A stretch of 64,000 nucleotides of DNA from the human T2T-CHM13v2.0 reference genome, Homo sapiens. The notes under the pieces are model-generated. The model was not told where the DNA came from and searched no databases. It saw only the letters and a list, made by a program, of their open reading frames with translations. The position numbers were made by a program, and so were the translations under genes. The DNA lies in assembly GCF_009914755.1 (NCBI RefSeq), contig NC_060929.1. One strand, written 5' to 3'. Below, piece by piece: positions 26,234-43,345 of the stretch. The first letter of the stretch is position 1. Every line of letters starts with the position of its first letter.

Positions 26234-28194
26234 CTACTTACATAGTTTTTTTTTTTTTTTTTTTGAACTGGTAAATGACTTCCAACCAAATATTTCTAAT
26301 ACAATATTTTCTTTATTTCTCTGCTTTTACCTTAATCAATTAAATATATTTTGATTGCTTGCTGTGTAAATAGCTCTGTGCCAGTTATTTTGAGGTAAAA
26401 CAAGATTTAAACATAGCTCTTTTTCTCATTTATATTGTGATCAATTTTAGGAGATATGATTTGTAAACCTTACAATCTCCCATTATACATGACAGTTAAA
26501 ATAACTTAAACTAAATTCATTTTATTACCCTAAGACCATTCTCTTTCTACAATCTATATTTCCATTAGAATCATTGTCCTAGATACTGAAGCAAGACATT
26601 TTGAAATCATCCTCAGTTCTTTTCATTTTCCAAAGCCTAACAGACCTATGCTAGCATCTCAATCAGGCCACTCATGTGCTTGGAAAAGTTATTTATCTTC
26701 TTAGAACTTTACCTATAAAATGGTTAATACATAGATCAAATAAAATACAGAATATATGAAAAAAGATATTTTTCTTGGTATGGCAATATTAAAGACAAAT
26801 AGATAATGTCTCACATTATTGGATTAATGGACAAGTTTTACTGGCAAACTTAACCAGCAAAAGGTCAGCAGAGGAAGTATGTGGGGGTGAGACAAGGGAG
26901 CTAGTAGGTTTGCTCTAGAAGAACCCTCCCTACCCTCCTTTAACTCTCCCATCCCCACTCTGCACTTTCATGAGAACAATCCTGTATGCAGGTAATTTAC
27001 TACTGGGGCTTAAGTGCCCCACTGGTACATGTCAACATGTCTGAGAGTAATACTTGTCACCCTTGGAAGAAGTTAAATGAGGGTTTCTTGTGGGAAGATA
27101 AATTTTCCCTGTCTTGATCAGTGTGTTACCAGAGAATCTGAGCCTCTGTGATCATTCACCAGACAGTCTTGCTGGTTTCTTTACATGATGTCACCCCCTG
27201 ACACAACCTGAGATGGAAATCAATTGGATTTTTAATGGCATCTTCAGTTTTTGTTATAAATGAAAGTACAGGGCTGAAATAGTAGTATGAGGCCAATCAT
27301 GAATACTTGCAAAGTCTCCCACAATCACCCAGTTGTGGTATCCATGCTGAGATGTGAAAAACAAATTCCAAAGCTTAGATGAAACAGTAGCCAGGAACCA
27401 GATTGTGTCCAAGAAAAAGGCATGATATATCTGTCTACTCCTCAGTGAGGAAAAGAGATCTGGGGTATACAAACATGGTGCTCCCCCGGAACCTGTTGAA
27501 AATTGACCCTCTGCATTCATTTTGCATTGCCACCATGAATGTGGAAGTGCGGGAGCACAACTGTTGGAAGCCCAGCCAGCAGGGATTGAGACTGCTGCCA
27601 AGTGGAAGCAGCACCTACTTTTATGAAAGGAGCAGGAATAATTGGCACTCAGTCCCTCTAGAATGTATGTATTAAGGCATAACACCTGAAGCTCTGTAAA
27701 ATCTTCAGTAAAATCCTTCTTACTGAGTAACATTTTGGGGGATATGATAATATGCTGTTTTCTGCTGCAAGATGCACCCACCTAGAGTGTCCATATGGAA
27801 TCTAGTTATGTCTGGGTTACATATGTGGAATACTTAATGCTGTGCCTGCTACAGCTGGTGCTTAATTATTCAGCTGAATTCTGTCTTCAGCACATCTCTG
27901 ATATTTGTCCTTTCCTTTTGATTTCTCCTGCTTTGGTGAGACCCTCTTGTCCTCAAGGACTCTTTAAACAGATCTCCTTATCTCCAGTCTTTCTTGCCTC
28001 AAGCTGGCCTTTCATATTAGGCTAAGCGTTAACTTTCTAATCTGAAATCTAAATTCTCTTATTTCCTGCTTTAACATATCCAAGGACTCCTTTTATAGAG
28101 ATGAGGACTGAGAGATCTAGTTAGAATAAGAGTTCTTGAGTGTTAACCTAAGAGATTTGGGTTCATTAGATTTCTAATAAGAGTGATGGATATC

Positions 28195-28380
28195 CATATC
28201 CCTGTGTGCCCTTGAGCAAATTATTGGAGTTATTTTTGTTTCAGTTTTTTTGTCTTTAAAAATGAAGAAAATATTACCCATCTCATAGGATTTTAGCCAG
28301 GTTCAAATGTATTAATTTATGTAAAGTGCTTGGAACCATGCCAATCATATAATAAATGTTAAGTATATTATTATTACTAT
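28195..28380 (+). mobile_element. MIR
   Basis: ctgtgtgcccttgagcaaatta...tcagttttt...taaaaatg...gtaaagtgcttggaac. Confidence 0.75.
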
Positions 28381-29169
28381 TTTTGTTGCTGTTGTTTAAA
28401 TAGTACCTTAGGTTAAGTATACTTAAAGTGCCTGTGTGAGAACAGATTTTTGCTGGTTTTCATGGGATGATGAACTTATAATAGAATGTATATAAACTTT
28501 ATCATTAATTACATTGCTACATTTAGCCAACTATTTTTCTTGCAGCAAGATTTTGTGGATGAAGGAAGTAGTTTGATGATTTACATTCTAGTGCTATGTT
28601 ATTATCTTGTTGGATACCATAATAAATAATGCACAGAGAGTTCTCTTTTAGTAGCACTATCTGAGGTGATTTTGGTACAGGTGATCTTGGCTCTATCTTT
28701 TGAAAAATACTGACTTACAGGATAAATTGCATAGCCCTTAATATGACACCCCAGTTTATCACAATATTCTCATTTTACCCATTCTCCATAATTTTCTCCT
28801 CTTAATTTGGCTGTATTCCTCACTGTTTTAAAGTAAAAAACAGTATAGAGATAATAGGCAAAAATGAAACACTTCACTTACAAGTGGAGGTGGATTCCTG
28901 TGATTCCTGAGCTTAAAGCTAGAGTTAGAGTTGGCCAACACAGTTGGTCAAGCTAGAGGACTCAAACATGATGGTTAAAGGAACACACTTTCAGTAAGAA
29001 GTACTGGTAACCATGTAATCTGATTGCATTGGCACAGATTTAGGAAAGGTAGCAAAGCCATAAGGTGGGTGTAAGAAAATGGATGAGGAATAAGAGTTTG
29101 GACTAGGGCCAGCATTCAAGAATTTGGAGCAGGCAGGCAGTGTGATTCTTGATATACATTGCTTGCCTC

Positions 29170-29335
29170 AGCCTAGATCTGAAAAAGTTTTCTTGATTGG
29201 GTTTTTAGCAACTGTGTGCTATTATCCAAGTTCTAGAGATTTTGTTTTAGTAGGTGTAGGGTGGAATTTGAGAATAAATATTTTTTAAAAGCTCTCCAAA
29301 TGATTTTGATGACCACCAGGTTTGGGGACCACTAC
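29170..29335. mobile_element. MER5-like hAT MITE
   Basis: tagtaggtgtagggtggaatttgagaat...gctctccaaatgattttgatg...gtttggggaccact. Confidence 0.65.
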
Positions 29336-30027
29336 CAGGAGATCTCTTATTGTTGTAACAAATGTCCTCATTTCCTGAAGGTGGTATCATTACCCCAATT
29401 CAAGACCTTTCATTGTCTGGCAGGTCAATGGAAAGTTTGAAGTGTGGTTGTTGTATTGCACTGCTACATGTGTTACAGTAACCGATCTCAAGGGAATTGG
29501 ACATCCCCATCACCTGCCTCCCAAACACGCTGCCAGAGGACTAGTGCCAGAGCTGCTTTGCTCTTACCTGAACTTGCCCTTTGACCACAGTTGACTGGTC
29601 TAGGAGTAAACCACTCATTGAAGTAGAACTAATGAGTCTTCTTTGAGATTTTTAACTTGAGATCAGAAAGCCAAAGTTTTCCCCCTTATTCTTTTGTTAA
29701 ATTCTGGCTGCCACATTTTCTACTATGAAATAAAACTAGTCTGTGGAGTCAGAGAATAAAGAATGCATAAGAAAACTGAAATATGAGATGGGAAGATAGT
29801 CCTGGCAATATTCAAAGTCCAAGTATTTTGGAAAATTCTGGTAGCTCTGGACCCATCCTTTGGGGTCAGAAGCAAAGAGGTTAGGATACCCTTAGTATTA
29901 GCAGATATTTGATATTTTGATATTTGATACTTGGTATTTTGCTTTGTAAAATCATTTATAATCAATTAAAAAAAATCTCCTAATTTCACGGAGACCCTAA
30001 ATCTAATGCTATCTGAAGTATAGCAGA

Positions 30028-30497
30028 TATGGTAGGCAGAATAATGATCCCACAAAACATCCAAGTCCTAGTATCCCAAATTTGAGAATATATTACCTTA
30101 CACGAGGAAAGATTATCCTAGATTATCTGAGTGGGCCTAGTGTAATCACAAAGGTTCTTATAAGGGAAAGTGGGAAGAGGAAAGAGCATGAGAGATAGAG
30201 GGAGAGATATGATGACAGAAGCAGAGTTGGAAGGATGTAATTCCTGGGTTTGAAGATAGGGAAAGGGGGCCATGAACGAAGGAATGCAGGAGGCCTCAAG
30301 AAGCTGGAAGTGACAACAAAAAAGTTTCTCCCATAGAACTTACAGAAAGATTGTAATCTTGCTAGCACATTGCTTTTAGCTCAATGAGATCCACTTTGAA
30401 CTCCTGCCCCTGCCAGAACCATAAGATAATAAACGTCTGTTGTTTTAAGCAATTGAGTTTGTGCTAATTTGTTACAGCAGCAATAGGAAATGCACCA
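30028..30497 (+). mobile_element. MLT1D-like solo LTR
   Basis: tatggtaggcagaataatg...gattatctgagtgggcctagtgtaatcacaaagg...ttgttacagcagcaataggaaa. Confidence 0.88.
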
Positions 30498-31675
30498 GGC
30501 AAAAACAAAGGCACAATTAGGAATTTCTTAGTGTTAGTCAGTGGTCAGCCTTGTGGTGCTAAGGGCATGGTTTCCAGTAGCTGAGGGCCCAGAAGCACAC
30601 TCCTTAGTTACTCTCAGTTCAGTTGCCCACAGTTCCATGAAAGCATGTCCTATGGTTATTAATTTTGGTGACTTTGCATTGGCAGAGGGCCTTGAGCTCA
30701 GACTTAGCCTTCCTTTTTTATTCCTGCCTAGTTACTCTTTGAGAAAGGAGGCAAGTAATAAAGTCCTCCAAAGATCAAAGGCATTGTTTAGAACTAAGAG
30801 CAAAAAGTCACAACAATCTGAAAAAGAAGTTTCTATTTGTGAGTAAAATGGCATATTGATCACCTAAAGAAGACAGCCACTCCATAACAGAGAATTCAGC
30901 CTCATAGCTCTGCTGTTAACCTCTGTTTGCTCAGGCTCCCTAAGACAGGCTTGTGACCAATTATGCTGTGATTACCAATGTTCAGTGTAGCATGATCAGC
31001 TGCTGTCAGCTCTCATGTGCAGCCAGGCAAAGAATACAAAACAATTCTTGTTCATAGTTTAATGAAACCCAGTTCTGAAGGAACTTTTTATTGTATTTTT
31101 TTTTTCCAACTTGCTCTCACCTAGGTTTTTGAATTTGCAAGATTATAAAACTTGTCCAACTGATTACTTTTCTGAAGAGCCATCGACTCTACCCAGCTTC
31201 TTGGGTGCCTCTTGTCTTTTAAATAATTATACAAACAGGTGTTTTGAAGAGGAAACCATAGTTTTCTTACAGCTGAAAAGCCAACTTTCAGATTGCAAAC
31301 GAGTACATGTTAAAATATGTCCCGTATTCCAGGTAAAATCATAATGCTGTTGTGATTAATTTCCTTCACTTTGAAATGGAGAAGAACTCTATTTTACTTC
31401 TCAATATATCCTTCCCAGATGAATATTGATGTGTATAAATGAAGTGATATGGTCTGTACCATGTAGCTTAGCAGAAAACTAGATATTGCATTGGGTTGTT
31501 GGCAATGGTTTTACACAGGTATGATGTCTCATTCATGTTACAGTGAAAAGTCCATGGGCTCTCTTTTTAAATTTATTTTAAAATAATGTTGAACCTAGAG
31601 AAAAGTCTCAAGAATAATACAAAGAACTCCGTATATATTCACTCAGATTCATCCATTATTTACATTTTGCCAAAT

Positions 31676-31900
31676 TTCTTCTCCTTCTCCTCCTTCTCCT
31701 TCCTTTTCTTCTTCTCCTTCTTCCTCTTATACTTTTTTCTCTTTATTTCTTTTTCTTTCTCCTTCTTCCTTCTTCTTTCTCTCTCTCTATGTATAATATA
31801 TAATATATTTTATATATATATATGTAACCTCACATGGCCAGAGTATTGGCTATGTATATACTTATATGTATAAAATTACGTTATATATGTGTATTATACT
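31676..31900. repeat. CT-rich and TA-rich low-complexity tract inside an old L1MC fragment (~31565-32630)
   Basis: Tract seen directly. L1MC-like gacattctcttacat before and ataaaatca...actttgatacaatac after the MLT1. Confidence 0.75.
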
Positions 31901-32004
31901 ATCTTCTCTGAGTCACTTGAGAGTGAAATGTTAACATTATATCCTTTTATTCCTATACACTTCAGTGCATATTTTCTAAGAGTGGAGACATTCTCTTACA
32001 TGAC

Positions 32005-32581
32005 TGTTTTGGTCATTTATTGCTGTACAATAAATTAATCCAAAGTTAATTGTGTAAAATAACAGTTACTTTTTTTGCTTATGGAGTTCATGGATCAGGA
32101 ATTTGGAGTGAGGACAGTTGAGATGGCTTTTCTCTGCTTTATGCTGTCTGAAACCTCAACTTGGAAGACTCAAACCTCAGAAGGTGTTTTAAACATACGG
32201 AATCTGGAGATATCTGAAGCCTTCTTCATTCACATGCATGGTGTCTGGATTTGGATGTGTCAAAATCTGGGCTAAGTTGTACCTCTTGCCAGAACCTCTA
32301 CATGTGGCTTCTTCATGTGTCTTTTGTTTTCTCATGGTATGGTGACATCAGGGTCATTGAATTTCTATCATGGCGGTTCAAGGCATCAAGAGCAAATATT
32401 TCTGTAAATCAGGTGAAAGCTTCAAGGCCTTTTTTGACAGCTTCAGAAGTCACACAGTGTCACTTTTGCTGTACTCTATTAGTCAAAGCAGTAACAAGCC
32501 TGTCAAGATTCAAGGGGGAGGAGAATTACAGCCCACATCTCAATGGGAAGAGTAATAATTCACAGCCATCTTTGTAACCAC
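32005..32581 (-). mobile_element. MLT1 (G/H-like) solo LTR nested in L1MC
   Basis: atttattgctgtacaataaatta...ggatcaggaatttgg...cagaagtcacacagtgtcacttt...cagccatctttgtaaccac. Confidence 0.75.
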
Positions 32582-33177
32582 TGAAATCAACAGCATAATT
32601 ATAAAATCAATTAATTTAACTTTGATACAATACAGTCAGCTCCCAAGTTCTTCAGTCAGGCTGACCAGGTCTGAATTCTGTCTCTGCCTCTTATGAGATA
32701 CCTGACATTTGGCAGGTAACTCTGGTTACCAAGTCCTCAGGTTCTTCATCTCTAAATGAGGCCAGTGACACCTACGTCTTTTAGAGTTGCTTCAAGGGCT
32801 AAATAACATAATTACATGATGAGTCTGACATAAATAGTGGCTTACTAAGCATTAGGTCTTCCTCCTCAGAGAAATAAACATGGTACTGAGTACTCAAAAG
32901 GCCTATAATTGATTACGGTTATTTGGGAAGCTTTAGAGGTGACTGGCTTTCTGAGAAATAATGGAGAAATTCAATACAAAATTAAAATGTTGCCTTACTA
33001 AGTTCTATTTCTGAAGATTTTTCTTCCTTTTGTTTGATGCTAGATAAGTATCTTCAACCACCAGAGAGAATCCTTCAAATTTTTTAATACAAATTATAGT
33101 CATTTTAAGAGAAAAACTTATTCTATTCATCTATCAACATCATGAAAGTACAAACCTCAAGAAAATGATTAATTTCT

Positions 33178-33586
33178 TTTTAAAATTTTTATCATTACCC
33201 CTATTTATGTATTTATGGATTTATTTATTTATATTTTTTATTTCCATAGGTTTTTGAGGAACAGGTGGTTTTGGTTACATGAATAAGTTCTTTAGTGGTG
33301 ATTTCTGAGATTTTGGTGCATCCATCACCTAAGTAATATACACTGTACCCAATTTGTAGTCTTTTTATCCCTCACCCCCCTCCCACCCTTTCCCCCTGAG
33401 TCTCCAAAGTTCATTGCATCAGTCTTACGCCTTTGTGTCTTCATAGCTTAGTTTCCACTTCTAAGTGAGAACATACAATGTTTGGTTTTTCATTCCTGAG
33501 TTACTTCACTTAGAATAATGGTCTCCGACTCCATCCAGGTTGCTGTGAATGCCATTATTTCATTTCTTTTTATGGCTGAGTAGTAT

Positions 33587-33635
<49 letters not shown>

Positions 33636-34517
33636 CTCACAATTTCTTTATCCACTCTTTGATTGATGGGTATTTGGGCTGGCTCCATATTTTTGCAATT
33701 GCAAATTGTGCTGCTATAAACATGTGTGTGCAAGTATCTTTTTTGTATAATGACTTCCTTTCCTCTGAGTAGATACCTGGTAGTGGGATTGCTGGATCAA
33801 ATGATAGTTCTACTTTTAGTTCTTTAAGGAATCTCCACACTGTTTTCCATAGCGGTTGTACTAATTTACATTCCCACCAGCGGTGTAGAAGTATTCCCTT
33901 TTCATCATATCCCTGCCAAAATCTATTATTTTAAAATTTTTAAATTATGGCCATTCTTGCAGGAGTAAGGTGGTATCGCATTGTGGTTTTGATTTGCATT
34001 TCCTTGATTATTACTGACGTTGAGCATTTTTTCATATGTTTGTTGACTATTTATATCTTCTTTTGAGAATTGTCTATTCATGCCCTTAGCCCACTTTTTG
34101 ATGGGATTTTTTGTTTTTTTTCTTGCTAATTTGTTTGAGTTATTTGTAGATTCTGGATATTAGTCCTTTGTCAGATGTATAGATTGTGAAGATTTTCTCC
34201 TGCTCTGTGGGTTGTCTATTTACTCTGCTGACCATTCCTTTTGCGGCACAGAAGCTTTTTAGTTTAATTAAGTCCCATCTATTTATCTTTGTTTTTGTTG
34301 CATTTGCTTTTGGTTTCTTGGTCATGAAGTCTTTGCTTAAGCCAATGTCTAGGAGGGTTTTTCTAGTTATTTTCTAGAGTTTTCATAGTTTCAAGTTTTA
34401 GATTTAAGTACTTGATCCATCTTGAGTTGATTTTTGTATGAGGTGAAAGATAAGGATCCAGTTTCATTCTTCTACATGTGGCTTGACAATTACCCCAGCA
34501 CCATTTGTTGAATAGAA
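33178..34517 (-). mobile_element. 5'-truncated L1PB (L1PB1-like) with a 19-bp TSD and an internal (TA)n at 33591-33633
   Basis: TSD aagaaaatgattaatttct (33159-77) / aagaacatgattaatttct (34518-36); ORF2 C-terminal remnants. Confidence 0.92.
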
Positions 34518-34544
34518 AAGAACATGATTAATTTCTGAATCACC

Positions 34545-35030
34545 ATATGTTTGGCTACAAGTAGCAGAAAACTCAACTCAAAAATCGCTTAAACAATGAA
34601 GAAGAAAATTTATTATTTTATAACAAAAAGACAAGAAGCATGAACATTCTGGAGTTGGTTAATTCAGTAGCTCAGTGATTTCATCAATGGTTCAGTTCTT
34701 TCTATGTTTCTGCTGAAACCTCCTCCATGTGTTGGCCAGACCACAACTGGAAATTTCATGGTAATAAGAAGGCTGAAGCAGCTGCCAGCATCATATTCAG
34801 ATATGGTAACATTCATAAAAAGAGATGATTTATTCCTCTGAACCATTGAAGAGTAAGAAAAATCCTTCTCAGAAGTCCTCCAGAAGATGCTTCTCATCTC
34901 TCATTCGGTAGACTTGCCATGCATGTGTCTAATGCACATGGGAAGGGAAATGGGACCGCACTGACTGCCTTAAACCAATTGGAATTCACTTTTTGGGGCT
35001 GCGGTTGAGACTGGGACTAACATCTCCTAA
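34545..35030 (-). mobile_element. Old MLT1 (J/K/L-like) LTR
   Basis: ttggctacaagtagcagaaaactcaactcaaa...gcttaaacaat...ctcatctctcatt. Confidence 0.55.
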
Positions 35031-35177
35031 AATATTGCCCATTGGGAGGCAGCTGAATGAGTTTTGGGAGAGATGGGGCAATAAATAGAACCTACAAAAT
35101 ATATGAACTAGATTTTATGTTTTATTCAAGCATTAGAAATCGGAATATAAATATCGGCATCATTTGTAAATGCCTGA

Positions 35178-35478
<301 letters not shown>

Positions 35479-36011
35479 CTGAAGTTCTTTATAATGCATT
35501 TTTGACAAGCAATTGGTTTGAAATATAATTAAGATGATTTGGTAATCAAGAAATATGAAGCAGGTTCAATCAACTTTGAAATGCTTTTAAACATAATAAA
35601 CATTTCCAAGATACTACAAAGTTATTCAAATATAATAAAGTGTTTCTTAGGAAAGTGTTCACTTTTTTTTTGCATTTATGTTTCTTTTTAGTCCTAGCAA
35701 GTAAACTCTATACAGAAGGATTTATTTTGTCTTTGCAACTTTAATGTTTCCTATTCAATTTCCCTAGAAAATAATAGGTACAATTCAGAATGTATTTTAA
35801 AACTAAACATTATCATTTTCCTCTTCTAATTTTAATTTGTTTATGAATTTTTCCACCCAAGTATATTAGTGATTATAGGCCATGTTCAAAGCAATGACAA
35901 TTCTTACTTATTAACTTGGTAATGCCTGGAGAAATGTGAAATTGTTCTGTAATGCAATTTGGGGAAGTGAAAGAGATTAGCTTTTAATGGCATCATGTCA
36001 TTTGTTACATT

Positions 36012-36410
36012 ATAGTTAATATCAGACAGGTAGGCTAAGTAATGATATAAAAAAAAACCATCCCCAAATATCAGTGGCATAAAACAAGAAAGGTTTGTTT
36101 TTGGCTCAAGCCACATACCCATAGAAATTCAATGGCGTATAATGGGCTCTGTTCCTATTAGTGACTCAGGAACTCAGGCTGATGAAGTCACTATCTCAAA
36201 TGTGCCATAGAGAAAGGGAAACTGGGGGAATCTTCAGGCCAGCAATTAAATGCTTGACCAAGAAACTCCACACATATATCTGCTCACACTTCATCAATCT
36301 GTACCAGTTACATAGCACTCCTACCCACAAGAGCCAGAAGTGTGATCCAACCTGGTTCCTGGGAGATGGAGAGCCACCAATATTGGTGAGCAGAATTTTT
36401 GACTATTGCA
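36012..36410 (-). mobile_element. Old MLT1 (I/J-like) LTR
   Basis: ccccaaatatcagtggcataaaacaagaaaggttt...gtgactcaggaactcaggctgatg...aatattggtgagcag. Confidence 0.6.
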
Positions 36411-37969
36411 GAGATGTACCAGTGTACGTCACTACTTTTCAACAGAAGGGTAGACATGGCCCAACAGTTAGTTTTCAGTTGTGATAAACAAAATGAAAAT
36501 TATTCAGTTAGGGTACTTCTCTAGAAGCTGGCATTATTAGAAATACACCTTCATGAAGGACAACAGCTTCTAGTCTCATGGTTTTGAACTGTGATGTTAC
36601 CTTACCCTCATGTTAAGGGTCATGTTTTAGTAAAATCGAGACTCTTCTAAATAGATGATGTCCTTGCCTATGGGACAGGGAGAGGGTGATAGCAAACAAG
36701 TAATCCTTGGAGTATATTTCCAATTACTCCATCTAATTTCTTCCTCATTTTCTATTCATGAATCTGCTGTCCACATTGCTTTGACATCATTGATTTTTAT
36801 TTTTTTCCCCATTTTGTTTTCATTTGCAAACATCGGTCCATGTCCATTTATCTGGCATACACGATGAATACTCTAAAAAGAACTCAAAACTTTTACTTCT
36901 GTTGTTGATAAATGATTACAGTGAACAACCACATTTTATCTGCTTCGTTTGATATGGATTCTGAATATTCCAGCTATTTCTCTCCCCTGAGCAATCCACC
37001 ATAGGGTCCTTAATAAATCAGGTTTCAATAGCAAGATTGGCAGTAGAGGAAATGTGTCATGTAATACAAAATAAAGTGTGAACTGCAGCCACTAATCTCC
37101 ATTGTTTTTGTTAATAATAATAATAATAACAATAAACAACACCCAAGTAGTAAATGCACTTCTCATTCTAGGCTCTCCAGTGGTAATTGTGATATATACA
37201 GATATTTTATATATATAATTTTTTTTACTCCACTCAATCCTCAGAAGAAATAGAGTGAGTTAACTGGTGTTATCCCCATCTTTCATGAGAGGAAACTGAG
37301 TCTTGGAGAGACTTGTCCAAATTTAAACAGCTACTAAGTGTCTCCAACTGCTATCAAACTTTGAAGATTAATGCTTGATTTTATTAACTGCCTAGTTTTT
37401 AAAATTTATTCCTTTAAGACGTTATCTGTACCTACAATTATTTTAACAGTAACTCGTTGCTTTCTACTTTATGTAATACTGTTTTAAGTATACCTTTATA
37501 ATCTTTTCATCATACTCTAAGTGCCTCCAAAACCTCTGCATGATTATAGCCCTAACTCCTGGGACTTAGCAGGTAGTCAGTGAGTGTTTGTGAATGAATG
37601 AATGATGTATATGAGGTTCACAAGTTTCGCTGAAAGCTGCCAAACCTCCTCATGTGGTCAAGTTCAGACCAGGGAAATCTCTACTATATAAGCCATCAAT
37701 GTGTCCATACAAGCAGAATTAACTATCTACCTTTCTCACCTATGTAGAAGAGAAAAAGTTTTAAAATGACTTTTCATACACAACTATAAAAAATTGCATG
37801 CCAGTTGAAGAAAATCTTGAAATACAGAAGATATATAAATAAAAGTCACTCCAAATTCCAAGAGTAGATACTGTTTTCCCAATCATTGTTTTTAAAGCCA
37901 TTTATATACACACACAATTTTCTTAGCTGTAATAATGTACAGTTTTGTAGTCTGGCCTTTCAGTATTTT

Positions 37970-40274
<2,305 letters not shown>

Positions 40275-41570
40275 AGGTCTTTCACTTTTTATTATGTCCC
40301 TTAATATCATTTTAAAAAGATGCTTGTCAGTGACCTCATACTTTCCTTTATATTGAGGGGCCATGATTTATTATTGGACAGTTAGGGTCTGTCATTTTTT
40401 GATATTATAAATAATGTTGTGATGAGCATCTTTCTATATAAATCTTTGTGAGCATGACTTTCAGTGTGCCATCTGTTCCTTGGAGTCCCTTGATTGGTGA
40501 CACACACCTCTCTTAACTGATATTTGACATTTGGAACTGAAACTGTGCAGCTAGAACTTGTCAAGAAGACAAATAGGGTAGCAGTGGCCTGTCTTATGTT
40601 CATAAAATGGACTGGATACAACTACAATTTTGCAGGCTATTTGTTTGGTTAGAAGCTCAATGCCTCTTTGATTCCACACATGATGTCCAAAAGAATGAAG
40701 GTGACTTTGGAGAGAGCCAGCCATTTAGAATCCAATTAATCAAGCTTCGGGGTAGTTTTGTACCCAACCAGAAACATCATGATCTGTCAGATTCCTGTTA
40801 CTCAGAATTGGATTTTAGGAAGGAATGTGGTTTAGGGATAGCTTATAGGTGGTCTTTTGGAAATAACAGAGGAGCTCAATCTTTAAAACTATAAAGTGTA
40901 GGTTGTAGGAGTTGAAGGCTTTGGTAGAAAGAGAAAAAACGGTAACATATTCTAAAATTTAGTGAGCTTTATTGAAGACTGCTCAAAAGAGGAAATCTTT
41001 GATTAAGCTTGACTAGCAGATAAAGAGAGGACTGGAATTTTAAAATCATAGTCTTAGAATTGTTTTTGTGTCTTTGCTTCCAGGACATCAGAAATACATA
41101 ACATGCCTATTCATAAAGTTCTTAAGCTGGGGTCTCACTTATTTTGTCAATATATTGCAGAACCATCAACAATTCAAATCCATATTTAAAAAAGAGCTGA
41201 ATTGATTTCCAGTTACTTAAGCTGCAAACACGAAGACTTAGTATTCATCTCTAATAGCCAAAGAGATAAAGATTTTACCTTTGATCTGGAATTTATTTAA
41301 TCTTCTAGTACAGAATTGGAGATGGGAGGTCCAAATACCAGATATTTAATATGTTTCAGTTTTGTTCTTCACTTCATGTTGATAATTTTGTCACTAGCTC
41401 TTAACACTTATTGTACTAAATTGCTATCTTAATATTAACATCAGAGTGTAAAAATTCAGCTGGCAAATGGTATGCAAATCAGCCTAATGCAAACTTTAAT
41501 GGATTAGTGCACTCAAAAAATTCTTTGAAACAAAGGTAGCTGAAGTGGTAAAAAGACCAACTAATCAAGA

Positions 41571-41823
41571 GCCCCATTACAGAATTTTCTGGGGTTTAAG
41601 TACCCTCTAGAGGTTTCCATTGGTTACTTGGTGTATGCCCTATGGAAATAAAAAGGATGAAGTAAAGTTACAAAGTCATTTACTCCGTGTACACACTAGG
41701 TAAATGGAGAGGCTATTTCCTGTCTTAGCTGAAGTGTTTCCATTTGGTTTAGTTTTAGGAAGTCAGCGTAAATCATGAATTGGCCTTATGTTCCTTACCT
41801 CCAGACCCTACTCTTCTGCCTCA
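41571..41823 (-). mobile_element. MER51-like ERV1 LTR, partial
   Basis: ttacagaattttctggggtttaagtaccctctagaggtttccattggttac...ccagaccctactcttctgcctca. Confidence 0.8.
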
Positions 41824-42140
41824 TTTAGGGTGGGCCTAGTTTAACAAGATTAGCATCTTTATAAGACAATGGAAATTTGGGCAGATATTGACAGAAGGAA
41901 GACAAAGACAGCCACGTGGTGATGAAGGCAGAAACTGCAGTGATGCATCCATAAGCCAAGGAATGCCAAAAATTGCTGGCAAACACCAGAAGCTGGAAGA
42001 GACAATGAAGGATTATCTTCTACAGGTTTCAGAGGAAACATGGCCCTGCCAACATCTTGGTTTCAGATTTCTAGCCACCAGAATTGTGAGACAAAATGTT
42101 TCTGTTTGTATGACTTTGTTATGTATGGCAACTCTAGCTT
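41824..42140 (+). mobile_element. MLT1A/B LTR, 5' part missing
   Basis: tagggtgggcct...aagccaaggaatgcc...caccagaagctggaagag...ccagaattgtgagacaa. Confidence 0.8.
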
Positions 42141-42609
42141 TCACTAGGGTCTGCCAGATTCCATTCTCCTTAGCTCTGGCACAGATCAGACAGATTTCTG
42201 GTCACTTTCTGTTTTTTGAAAGTTGGTCCAGTTTAAGTCTCCAATCTCATATCTGATTTTCATTTCATCTCCTTCTTCCCTCCAGTGCCAGTGCTGGCCT
42301 TTCCTCTTCTCTGTGCTCCACAGGAGCCACCAAGTTTTCATTACTTCCCTGTGCCATGGGATGCAGATGGAGAAAAGGGCTGTATCCATCTTCTCCCTAG
42401 TCAGACTGCAACTATGAGAGAGGGGCAAGCCACTCTTGTAAGCATCCTGCCTTCAGCACTTGCTAGGCAGGAAGTGGTCTTAGCTCACGTAAGGGAGAAC
42501 CAGCCCAGTGTGGATTAGCACCTTCCAGGTGCTAAGTGGCAGCTGTAAGATTCTACAGCCTCTAGCAAGCTAGGGCAGCACCATATATCCATACTGTAGG
42601 TAACCCCAC

Positions 42610-43345
42610 TATAACTGCCCAATCAGTTCATTTTGTCCACTGCCCAGAGACAGCTGATTTATCAAGACAGGGGATTGCAATAGAGAAGAAGCTTAATTCA
42701 CACAGAGCCAGCTGAATGAAAGACCTGAGTTTTATTATTACTCAAATCAGTCTCTCTAAAACTTCAAAGGCCAGGATTTTTCAGAGATAGTTTGGGGGAA
42801 GAGGGAGGATGGCTAGGCAATGGGTACTTGCTGCTGATTTGTTGGGAGTACAATTACAGGAGTGTGGGAAATGGTCCCCTTGTTCACTGAGTCACTTTTG
42901 GATGGGGCCACAGGAGCAGTTGGTGGTTCCAGGTGGAACCATTGGTCATCAGATGCAAAAAACCAGAAAAGACATCTCAAAAGACCAATCTTAGGTTCTA
43001 CAATAGTGATGTTATTTGCAGGAGTAATTGGCGGAAGTTGTACATCTTGTGCATCTGGAATAATGTGTGGCTAATCATGTATGTCCACACCTTAGCAGAA
43101 TCCAGGTTCCTCTCATCCTCCTAGTGTGGTGGTCTCTCATTAGCTTTACAAAGGCCACTGAGTTTGGGGGAGGGGCTATTATCATTTACACTATAAATTA
43201 AATGTCTCCCAAAGTTAGCTTGGCCCAAGCCCAGGAATAATTAAGAGTAGTTTGAAGGCTAAAGGCAAGATGGGGGTTGGTTAGATCAGATCTCTCTCAC
43301 AGACATAATTTTCTCACTGTTACAATTTTAGCAAACGTGGTTTCA
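42610..43345 (-). mobile_element. LTR8 (A/B-like) ERV1 solo LTR
   Basis: Minus strand begins TGAAACCACGTTTGCTAAAATTGTAACAGTGAGAAAATTATG; other end gatttatcaagacagggga. Flanks ccac / tcac. Confidence 0.88.

Noticed and set aside
27254-27781. 175-aa minus-strand ORF, the longest not explained by L1 or C6
   Set aside because: No recognisable domain or homologue and no splice context. Probably chance or an old repeat. A BLASTX hit or positive PhyloCSF score would change this.
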